The notes below the pieces were generated by a model. It made no database searches and was not told the origin of the DNA. It saw only the letters and a list, made by a program, of their open reading frames with translations. From Lachnospiraceae bacterium (lineage in GTDB: Bacteria; Bacillota; Clostridia; Lachnospirales; Lachnospiraceae), in contig JAFTXD010000156.1 of NCBI GenBank assembly GCA_017461775.1, positions 21,088 to 85,087 of the forward strand: 64,000 bases of DNA, given 5' to 3'. Both the position numbers and the translations under genes were made by a program. Of the stretch, positions 18,896 to 26,944 are shown piece after piece; position 1 is the first letter of the stretch, and each line of letters opens with the position of its first letter.

Positions 18896-19312
18896 ATGAA
18901 TCATGAATACCCTCAGGGCATCAAATGGACCAAGCAGCGCAAGGATGTGTACAATATTCTTCATGATGCTACAGAACCCATGAGTGCCCAGCAGATTTAC
19001 AATAAAATAGCCATGCAGGATACGGACGGCAGCTATGCGCCATCTACGATTTATCGTATTCTAAATGCCTTTGAGGAAAAGCATCTGGTCCGCAAGACCA
19101 CCTGGATGGAGGATGCAACCGTAGTGTATGAATTAAACAGAGGCGGGCATACTCATTATGCGGTGTGCCTTACCTGTCACAAACGTGTTCCCTTGGCATC
19201 CTGCCCCTTTGCCCATATCCACTTCCCCGAGACCGGCGACGACTTCCAGATTACCGAACACAAGCTGGAATTGTATGGCTATTGTAAAGCGTGCAAAGAA
19301 GCAAAAAAGTAG
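18896..19312 (+). CDS. Fur family transcriptional regulator (Zur-like)
   Basis: TKQR, STIYR, HTHYAVCLTC and YGYCKAC motifs. Confidence 0.88.
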   Translation: MNHEYPQGIKWTKQRKDVYNILHDATEPMSAQQIYNKIAMQDTDGSYAPSTIYRILNAFEEKHLVRKTTWMEDATVVYELNRGGHTHYAVCLTCHKRVPLASCPFAHIHFPETGDDFQITEHKLELYGYCKACKEAKK

Positions 19313-19359
19313 CGAAAAAATAAAAAATAAAAATTTTTAAAAAAATTTGCAAAAAGGTG

Positions 19360-19391
19360 TTGACATTCCCCGAGGACTTTGTTATTATAAT
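19360..19391 (+). promoter_or_regulatory. tRNA promoter with A-rich UP element
   Basis: TTGACA(19360)-17 bp-TATTAT; A-tracts upstream. Confidence 0.75.
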
Positions 19392-19424
19392 CAAGTCGCT
19401 GGTGAACAGCACAAAACAAAAAAC

Positions 19425-19497
19425 GGACCGCTAGCTCAGTTGGTAGAGCACCTGACTCTTAATCAGGGTGTCCAGGGTTCGAGCCCCTGGCGGTCCA
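19425..19497 (+). tRNA. tRNA-Lys(CTT)
   Basis: Cloverleaf: GGACCGC/GCGGTCC acceptor stem, D arm AGCTCAGTTGGTAGAGC, anticodon CTT, GGTTCGAGCCC T arm; CCA not encoded. Confidence 0.97.
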
Positions 19498-19554
19498 CTA
19501 AAGGTCGAAGGCTTGCAAAATGGCGGGTTTTCGGCTTTTTTGTTGTCTAGATTT

Positions 19555-19580
19555 AGGTGTCCTTGCTGGACGCCTTTTTT
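19555..19580 (+). terminator. Terminator downstream of tRNA
   Basis: AGGTGTCC-TTGCT-GGACGCCT followed by T-tract. Confidence 0.65.
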
Positions 19581-19696
19581 GTTATGGCGACGAGGAAAAT
19601 GAACACCGTGCTTGCACGAGTGAACATTTGACGACCGCTAATCAGAGCGAGACTCGCAAAGCGTATCTCGTCTCTGTTATGATGACGAGGAAAATG
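19581..19696. repeat. Structured non-coding REP-like element with 21-bp imperfect direct repeat
   Basis: GTTATGGCGACGAGGAAAATG (19581) and GTTATGATGACGAGGAAAATG (19676) flank two imperfect hairpins. Confidence 0.6.
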
Positions 19697-19808
19697 GGAA
19701 TCGTGCGTATATAGTGGTTGGGATTGCGAAAGGAACCGTAACGTAATATAATCACTATGGTTATTGTTCATCCATAAGATAAATGTAATACAAGGAGCCT
19801 GTTAATAA

Positions 19809-21959
19809 GTGAAGAAAAGCAAAACATCTAAATTTAATGTACGTAGAGAATTAGTCAAGCTGGAATGTCGGGATTGTGGTGCTGACTTGGAGATGCAGGA
19901 CGAAATCTATGCTCGCTGTAAATATTGTGGACAAAAGTATATTGTGAACGTGCTTTTGGAGCGGATTCCGGAGGCGTATGCTGAAACGAACCACCAATCT
20001 GCAAAGTTACAAACAGTAAAGCCGCAAACGATACGCCCACAACAGAAAAATGCCATTGGAGTGATTGGGTTGGCCATGATGCTTGTTGCGATGTGTTGTT
20101 GTGTTTTTTTACTATTTAGAAAAGAGGCAGATGAGCCGTCAGGTGTAAAAGAACTGCCATGGGACGGAGGGCTTGTAGAAAGTACACAGGAAAAGGAAGA
20201 TTTTGGAGACTATACTTCCACAAAGAAAGAGCCTACGGAAAAGTGGGACGGCTTTCGTTCGGAGACTATGAAGCAGGTAGTTTATCTAATGTTTGGAAAG
20301 CCTGCTGACGAAGTGACAAAAGAAGAACTAGAGAGTATAAAGTATTTCAAAATAGAAGGCTTCTGGGAGACCTGTACTTTCTTTTACAGTACAGAGGATT
20401 ATCGTGAGTATGAACCGGATTACCGGGAAAAACTACCGGATTATAATGGGTCCATTCTTTTTGGCTATAATAAGGCTTTTGAGGAAACCATACAGAAGGT
20501 TACCCTGCCCTATCCCGAGGAGAGCTTTGCGCTTATCTATGGAGATATCAGGAACTTTACGAATCTTACCTCTATCAGTTTGAGAGATTACACAGATATG
20601 GATTTTTCGGATATGCCGCATTTGACGATGGTGGATTGTGGTTGGGATCTAAAAGATTTATTGGAAACGAATCTACCTGTAGAACAGATTGAAGTATTAA
20701 AAGTTTCTGATTGTGATTTAGCCGGTCTTGAACGTTTTTCATCACTAAAAAAGCTCTTTATTGAGGGAATTGATGAAAATAATATGGATCAGGTAGTGAA
20801 ATGTACTACCTTAGATACCTTATTTTGCAATTATTGTTTTGAAACGGCAAGTTATGCCCCGCTTAAGCAGTTGACGGGCCTTAAAAGCTTATATATTGAT
20901 GGCGGCTATAATGCCATTAAAGACCTGAGTATGATTTCATCCTTTACGGAGCTGGAGAATCTGAGTATTACCTGTACGGATATTTTGAACATAGGGTTTG
21001 TAAAGGATTTGAAGAAGCTGAAAACGCTCAGGCTGTCAGAGAATGGGGAGCTGGATGATTTTGAAGGCTTGGGAACTTTGCAGGAGTTAGAGTTTTTAGA
21101 GTTAAACATAAACAGTTTGAGTGGAGGACAACCGGAATATGCAGAAATTGGTAATCTGAAGAACCTGAAGTCCCTGGCATTACATACAGTATATAATCTG
21201 GACTTTTTATATGAGCTGGAACAGTTGGAAAAGCTGGAAGTGCGTCTGACCTTTTATGATGATGTAATGCTGCCTATTGCGGAAATGAAGAATCTGAAGG
21301 AACTGACTCTTGCCCAGACCAATACTTGGGGTATGGCGATGGAGGGTTTTTCGGTATTGCAAGAATTGCCGCAGCTTAAAAAGCTTACAATTGATATGAT
21401 GCAGTTTGAAGAGCCGGTAGATGAATTGTTTGCAGTGGATGGTCTGGAGGAGCTTAAGATTACAAACTGTGGCTTTGAAATACCTCCCACGGAAATAATT
21501 GTGAGTGATAATCTTAAGGTGTTGGATCTCTCCGGTACACATTTTGGGGATTACTATAATGGTGGTCCGGAGGATGACCAAGAGGTACTGAAGCTTTACT
21601 GTGAAGCGATTACCCTGGAGAAGCTGGACTTAACATACTTTGATGTGACCGATTTGTCTGTTTTGAATAAGCTGACAAATTTAAGGGAGTTATCACTGTG
21701 TAGCTGTGAATTGACAGAGGTACCGGAGAGTGTTTTTCAGGACTGTGAGTTGTTGGAAAAACTGGATATGTCCTACAATCAGATAGCAGACATTAGCTTT
21801 GTGAAGAATCTTCCCAATCTGAAGTTTTTGGAGATTAGAGAGGGCTATGTGACGGATTTATCACCACTACTATCTTGTCCAATGCTGCGGTGTGTGGATG
21901 TGAGGCAGAATCCCATTGCCGAGAATCCGTTAACAAATGTGGTAGTGATTTCAGAGTAG
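19809..21959 (+). CDS. Zn-ribbon / TM / leucine-rich repeat protein
   Basis: CRDCG...CKYCG; TM around residue 85-103; many LxxLxxLxLxx repeats. Confidence 0.88.
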   Translation: MKKSKTSKFNVRRELVKLECRDCGADLEMQDEIYARCKYCGQKYIVNVLLERIPEAYAETNHQSAKLQTVKPQTIRPQQKNAIGVIGLAMMLVAMCCCVFLLFRKEADEPSGVKELPWDGGLVESTQEKEDFGDYTSTKKEPTEKWDGFRSETMKQVVYLMFGKPADEVTKEELESIKYFKIEGFWETCTFFYSTEDYREYEPDYREKLPDYNGSILFGYNKAFEETIQKVTLPYPEESFALIYGDIRNFTNLTSISLRDYTDMDFSDMPHLTMVDCGWDLKDLLETNLPVEQIEVLKVSDCDLAGLERFSSLKKLFIEGIDENNMDQVVKCTTLDTLFCNYCFETASYAPLKQLTGLKSLYIDGGYNAIKDLSMISSFTELENLSITCTDILNIGFVKDLKKLKTLRLSENGELDDFEGLGTLQELEFLELNINSLSGGQPEYAEIGNLKNLKSLALHTVYNLDFLYELEQLEKLEVRLTFYDDVMLPIAEMKNLKELTLAQTNTWGMAMEGFSVLQELPQLKKLTIDMMQFEEPVDELFAVDGLEELKITNCGFEIPPTEIIVSDNLKVLDLSGTHFGDYYNGGPEDDQEVLKLYCEAITLEKLDLTYFDVTDLSVLNKLTNLRELSLCSCELTEVPESVFQDCELLEKLDMSYNQIADISFVKNLPNLKFLEIREGYVTDLSPLLSCPMLRCVDVRQNPIAENPLTNVVVISE

Positions 21960-21996
21960 GGATAAAAATAATTTGAAGGAGTGTTGAATAAACACC

Positions 21997-22142
21997 TTGA
22001 CTCTTGGAAGCTTTTTCTGTTAAAATCTAGAACTGTTGAAAAAATAAATAATATGGTAAAACGACACAAGTGTTGCTTCGGCATGTAAATCTGATTACGG
22101 TACATATAAAGATTTACGGCATAGCGGTACTTGTGTTTTTTT
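21997..22142 (+). promoter_or_regulatory. Promoter and structured terminator-like 5' leader
   Basis: TTGACT(21997)...TGTTAAAAT; long stem 22064-22136 followed by T-tract before the RBS. Confidence 0.55.
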
Positions 22143-22163
22143 GCACTTAAGAGGAGGACATTT

Positions 22164-22865
22164 ATGCCAAGAACCCAATTTCAAAAACTATTTTTTGCAT
22201 TTGTAACGGTTGTGATTACCGTTCATGCTTATGTATACTACAGCTTGTATGTAATACATGGAAACACATTCATTGCTAATACCGGAGCATGCGGAGTTTT
22301 GGAAGCAATTAACAGGATGGGTGGTGTACCTGTACTGGGACACAATATTCCGATTTGGGCAGTAGTTCTGATTGAGTTTGTGCTTGCATACACATTGGAG
22401 ATTTTCGTGGGAAGTCCCCAGTCATTTAAGATTGCATGTCATTACTTCAATCCGCAGAAAAATCATCCGTTCATTTTTGAAACAATGATTATTTCTGCCA
22501 CAGTATTAGTGATGTGTCCGCTTATGAGCTTTATCGCAGCGATTTTGTACTATCCATGCAATTTTATGGAGTTCAATTTGATTCACTTCCTTGCAGAGTG
22601 GTTAAAATTGATTTGCTTTAACTTCCCATTTGCATTCTTTAGTCAGTTGTTCTTTATTCAGCCGTTTGTGCGTACCGTATTTAAGACAGTGTTTAGAAAA
22701 GATATCGAAATGCGTAAGGAAATGGCTGCTGAGAAGGAGAAGAAGGGTGAGAAGCTTATGCCTCACAGCGAGAGTGATGCGATCTCAGATTTATTGAAGC
22801 GTATGGAAGAGATTAAGGTAGAATTACAGCAGGAAATCGAAGAAAAGATTACTGTATCTAAGTAG
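22164..22865 (+). CDS. DUF2798-like integral membrane protein
   Basis: MPRTQFQKLFF start, MCPLMS and NFPFAFFSQLFFIQPFVR; GAGGAGG RBS. Confidence 0.7.
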   Translation: MPRTQFQKLFFAFVTVVITVHAYVYYSLYVIHGNTFIANTGACGVLEAINRMGGVPVLGHNIPIWAVVLIEFVLAYTLEIFVGSPQSFKIACHYFNPQKNHPFIFETMIISATVLVMCPLMSFIAAILYYPCNFMEFNLIHFLAEWLKLICFNFPFAFFSQLFFIQPFVRTVFKTVFRKDIEMRKEMAAEKEKKGEKLMPHSESDAISDLLKRMEEIKVELQQEIEEKITVSK

Positions 22866-22882
22866 GCGTATGTATACTAACA

Positions 22883-22917
22883 AGCCTCCTGGAAGTGCCG
22901 TTCCCAGGGGGCTTTTA
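22883..22917 (+). terminator. Rho-independent terminator
   Basis: AAGCCTCCTGG...CCAGGGGGCTTTT. Confidence 0.7.
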
Positions 22918-23069
22918 GATTATTCATTGATGGATGGGCATCAGGTTTTGAACGAATGTTACAGAAGATAAAGTCTGAAAATTCGAATGGCAAATAAAAA
23001 TAATAAAATAATTCAAAAATAATTGCAAAAATGTATTGACAAATTAGCGGGGCATGATATAATAAAACC

Positions 23070-23320
23070 ATAAACAAGAGAAACCTAAACAACAGATGAA
23101 TCAGAAAGATTCAAATACGAAAGAAAGTGAGGTACGGACCACCAAACACTTAATCCTTAACACCTAAGCTTCCATTCATGAATATTAAAGATGGAAGTCA
23201 CACCACACAACTTCATATAGATTGTAACTAAGAAAAAGATTTTTTAGAAAGAGGTAAGGACCATTGGAAATCATAGTTAGATAAGACGCGTCAGGGTAGA
23301 AAAAGCTGGCGCGTCTTTTA
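23070..23320 (+). ncRNA. Candidate orphan small RNA (~250 nt)
   Basis: TTGACA(23036) and extended -10 TGATATAAT(23055-23063); terminator AAGACGCGTCAG/CTGGCGCGTCTT(23283-23317) plus T-tract; no convincing ORF in between. Confidence 0.45.
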
Positions 23321-23387
23321 TTGAACACTTTTTTTATTTCATAGAATGGTGTAGTATGAATATATGATAAATAGGGGAGGGCGTACT

Positions 23388-25136
23388 GTGAAAAGATTTT
23401 ATGGAATGATGATGTCATTGATATTGTGTCTGTGCACGGCCTGCGGTAATATCCCCGCAGAAGAAGCAAAAGAGACGGAAGCGTTACTCGCAGTGGATGA
23501 AAGCACAGAACAGCCTTCAAGTGAAGAAGATGTAGCTACGCCGGAAGAACCGGTGGAGCTGATTGTATACAGTGAGCTCTCCAGCTACAATGGTGAGCAG
23601 GCTGGTTGGTTTGCCCAGGTCATGTTGGAAAAGTTTAATGTGAAGCTGATGATATCCCCACTTCTTGATTTTGAAGAAGGTTTGGAACAGGGCTTTTTGG
23701 GGGATATTATGGTGTTTGGGAGCATCGGTGGCAATTATCAGGAAGCTGTGAAGGAGGGCTTGCTTCTGGACTGGGAAGCGAATGATTTGCTTTCGGAGCA
23801 TGGACCATACATATTGGAAAATATGAAACCGGCGCTGGAGCATAATCGTAGTCTTACCCCTGAAGCAGGCAAGATATTTGGCTTTGGAAATTCCGTAGCA
23901 TCGGATAACGATACCTTTTCATCCCTCCTTTATACTTGGGATATTCGCTGGGATTTGTATGAGCAGCTGGGGTATCCGGAGGTGAAAGATTTAGAGGAGT
24001 TCATTTCCGTACTGGAGGACATGAAGGAGCTTTGCCCGGTGGATGATAACGGCGAGGAAACCTATGCCATGGCCATCTGGCCGGAGTGGGACGATGGGAT
24101 GGTGCTTGGTGCCAGATATATGGCTGGGGCGTATTATGGATATGATGCCTTTCATCTAGGCTTCTATGATGCGGAGACCGGCGCATATCATGGCGCTCTG
24201 GAGGAAAACGGTCCCTATCTGGAAATGCTGAAATTTCTAAATACTCTGTATCAAAAGGGGCTGCTGGAACCGGATGCCGGTTCCCAGAACTATGAGGATA
24301 CCTTAAAGAAGCTGGAAAGTAGTGGATATTTTTTCTCACCGGTGGAGTATGCCGGTAGTCTGGCTTACAATACGCAGGAACACATAACCCAGAATAAGTA
24401 TATGGCCGCCTTGGTGCCGGAGGAAGCTACGCCGGCTGCATTTGGCATGAGTGTAATCGGCGGAAACCGTGTCTGGACCATTGGCGCAAATAGTGAGCAT
24501 AAAGAGCTCTGCATGGAGATTATTAACTGGTTTTGCACCCCGGAGGGTGTGCTGACAGGTCTGTATGGGCCCAAGGGTGTGAGCTGGGATTATGATGCGG
24601 AGGGCAATACTTATTTTACGGAGCTGGGCAAGTCCTGCTATGAAGACCGGGTTACCATCATGCCACAGGAGTATGGCGGTTCTTATTTCGGCGATGGTTG
24701 CCCTCAGATAAATAACTCCACATGGAGTTATAATGCAGAAAATCCGGACGCAAACGGAGAAACTTATAATGCAGAGAGCTGGAAGAGTAATCTTTTGCCA
24801 CCCGTCTGCCCGGCGGAGCAGGATTGGCAGGAATATACCGGAGCTTCCAAGGCGCTGGAATATATGCAGTCGAAGAACTGTGTAGTAATTCCGGAAGTGC
24901 CTTATAAAGAACCGGAGAAGAGTGAAAGCCTTAAGACGGTGTGGGAACAGGTAAGCAATTGCATCGTCACCGAATCCTGGAAGGCTATTTATGCGGAATC
25001 GGATGAGGAGTTCGAGAAAATTGTGTCCGGGATGATTGCGGGCGCTAAGGCCTGTGGCTATGAGCAGTGCTTAGGCTGGTGTGAACAGGAGGCGGCGAGG
25101 CGGTTTGCTACGGAAGAGATAATTAGAAGTTATTAA
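23388..25136 (+). CDS. Extracellular solute-binding lipoprotein (carbohydrate ABC-type)
   Basis: CTAC lipobox; WDIRWDLYEQLGYP and family-1 SBP pattern; GTG start after GGGAGG. Confidence 0.85.
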   Translation: MKRFYGMMMSLILCLCTACGNIPAEEAKETEALLAVDESTEQPSSEEDVATPEEPVELIVYSELSSYNGEQAGWFAQVMLEKFNVKLMISPLLDFEEGLEQGFLGDIMVFGSIGGNYQEAVKEGLLLDWEANDLLSEHGPYILENMKPALEHNRSLTPEAGKIFGFGNSVASDNDTFSSLLYTWDIRWDLYEQLGYPEVKDLEEFISVLEDMKELCPVDDNGEETYAMAIWPEWDDGMVLGARYMAGAYYGYDAFHLGFYDAETGAYHGALEENGPYLEMLKFLNTLYQKGLLEPDAGSQNYEDTLKKLESSGYFFSPVEYAGSLAYNTQEHITQNKYMAALVPEEATPAAFGMSVIGGNRVWTIGANSEHKELCMEIINWFCTPEGVLTGLYGPKGVSWDYDAEGNTYFTELGKSCYEDRVTIMPQEYGGSYFGDGCPQINNSTWSYNAENPDANGETYNAESWKSNLLPPVCPAEQDWQEYTGASKALEYMQSKNCVVIPEVPYKEPEKSESLKTVWEQVSNCIVTESWKAIYAESDEEFEKIVSGMIAGAKACGYEQCLGWCEQEAARRFATEEIIRSY

Positions 25137-25149
25137 GGAAGGGTCTGGA

Positions 25150-26520
25150 ATGAGTAAGAAGAGTCTGGCAAAGGATTTTACCAAGGGGAATGTGGCAAAG
25201 CAATTATTATGGTTTGCCATACCCTTTATGGCATCCAATGCCTTGCAGGTGCTGTATAGCACCATAGATATGATTATTGTGGGAAAATATGTAGGTACGG
25301 CGGGGCTTTCCGCTGTGTCGCAGAGCAGTCTGATTCTGAACTTTGCTACCATGGTATGTCTTGGATTTTCCAATGGTGGGCAGGTACTGGTGGCGCAGGC
25401 GTTAGGTGCCGGAAAACGGAAGGAAATGAATGAAATCATAGGGACTTTGTTCAGTCTGATTCTGATGATTGCGTTGGTGTTAACGGCGGCATTTTTGATT
25501 GGTAGGACGTGGATTTTACATATTATGAACATCCCTGCGGAATCCTTTGATATGGCGATGGATTATCTTGTCATATGCGGTCTGGGTCTGATTTTTACCG
25601 CCGGCTACAACATGGTATCCGCCGTTTTGCGGGGAATGGGAGATTCCAAGCGACCGTTTATTTTTATCGGAATTGCTTCCGTGGTGAATCTGGTGCTGGA
25701 TATTCTTTTTACCGGAATCATGAAGATGGGAGTGGCGGGAGCTGCGTGGGCTACCATTATTGGACAGGCGGTTTCCTTTCTGTTTTCCTTGTATTTTCTG
25801 TATAAGAACAGAGAGGCCTTCGGATTTGATTTCCACAAGGAAAGCTTTCGTATAAAGAAGAAGTATGCCAAGCTGATTATGGGGCTGGGGACCCCCATGG
25901 CTATTCAATCCGGCTGTATCAATTTGTCCATGATGTTTGTAAACTCCATGGTGAATAATGTGGGCGTAGTGGCGTCTGCGACCTTCGGCGTGGGAGTGCG
26001 AATCGATGATATCATTAATAAAATTTCCCAGGGAATTCAGTATGCAGCCATGCCTATGATCAGCCAGAATATTGCGGCAGGGCAGCAGGAGAGAACCAAA
26101 AAGGTGGTTTACTTTGCCTGGGCTTATGCGGCAGCTTTAACGGTGGTGTTTATGGTTATTTACCTTAGCTGTGGAAAGCAGTTGTTTATGCTGTTTTCCG
26201 ATGACACATTGGTGCATGAGATGTCAGGAACCTTTATCAAGGCTATTCTATGGATGTTTCCTGCCATGGCTATTATGCGTGGCAGCAATGCTTTTGTCCA
26301 GGGAATTGGCAACGCCAGATTGAGCATGGTGCTGTCACTGCTGGACGGCGTGGCATTGCGAATCGGGCTGAGTTGGCTGTTTGGTATTGCGCTGGAATGG
26401 GGATTCTTCGGCTTCGTGCTGGGATATGGACTGGCGCCCTACGGATGTGGCGTACCGGGACTGTTTTACTTTGTGTCCGGGAAGTGGAAGAAGCGGAAGA
26501 CGTTGGCGGAGAGTATTTAA
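25150..26520 (+). CDS. MATE family efflux transporter
   Basis: 12-TM pattern; LRGMGDSKRP, NLVLD and GVAGAAWAT motifs. Confidence 0.92.
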   Translation: MSKKSLAKDFTKGNVAKQLLWFAIPFMASNALQVLYSTIDMIIVGKYVGTAGLSAVSQSSLILNFATMVCLGFSNGGQVLVAQALGAGKRKEMNEIIGTLFSLILMIALVLTAAFLIGRTWILHIMNIPAESFDMAMDYLVICGLGLIFTAGYNMVSAVLRGMGDSKRPFIFIGIASVVNLVLDILFTGIMKMGVAGAAWATIIGQAVSFLFSLYFLYKNREAFGFDFHKESFRIKKKYAKLIMGLGTPMAIQSGCINLSMMFVNSMVNNVGVVASATFGVGVRIDDIINKISQGIQYAAMPMISQNIAAGQQERTKKVVYFAWAYAAALTVVFMVIYLSCGKQLFMLFSDDTLVHEMSGTFIKAILWMFPAMAIMRGSNAFVQGIGNARLSMVLSLLDGVALRIGLSWLFGIALEWGFFGFVLGYGLAPYGCGVPGLFYFVSGKWKKRKTLAESI

Positions 26521-26570
26521 GTATAATTTTTTAATTCCCTCGAATTCGGGGGAAATGTAGGAGTGAACTA

Positions 26571-26906
26571 ATGAAACAGGAGAAATCGACCTTCGAGTTA
26601 ATCTACGAAGTGGTAAAGCAGATTCCCAAGGGCTACGTGGCTACCTATGGGCAGGTAGCTTCTTTGGCTGGCTCCAGACGGTGGAGCCGGGTAGTGGGGT
26701 ATGCCCTCCACGCCAATCCGGACCCGGAGCACATCCCCTGTCACAGAGTGGTGAATCGCTTTGGAGAGGTTTCCAGAGCCTTTGCCTTTGGGGGAGAAAA
26801 TCGCCAGGTGGAGCTTTTGGAGGCCGAAGGTGTGGAATTTATAGATGGAAAGGTGAAGCTGGAGAAATTTCAGTGGAAACGTGTGACCTTAGAAATGATG
26901 GAGTAA
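26571..26906 (+). CDS. MGMT family DNA alkyl-repair protein (single domain)
   Basis: IPKGYVATYGQVA and active-site PCHRV. Confidence 0.88.
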   Translation: MKQEKSTFELIYEVVKQIPKGYVATYGQVASLAGSRRWSRVVGYALHANPDPEHIPCHRVVNRFGEVSRAFAFGGENRQVELLEAEGVEFIDGKVKLEKFQWKRVTLEMME

Positions 26907-26944
26907 ACACGAAATAATGTAGATGAGAAAGCAGGTATTTGAAC

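Noticed and set aside
19347-19771. ORFs 19347-19550, 19520-19714 and 19553-19771
   Set aside because: They overlap the tRNA, its terminators and the structured repeat; no coding signals
19498-21959. Genomic island integrated at the tRNA-Lys 3' end
   Set aside because: No downstream copy of the tRNA 3' end and no integrase found in the window
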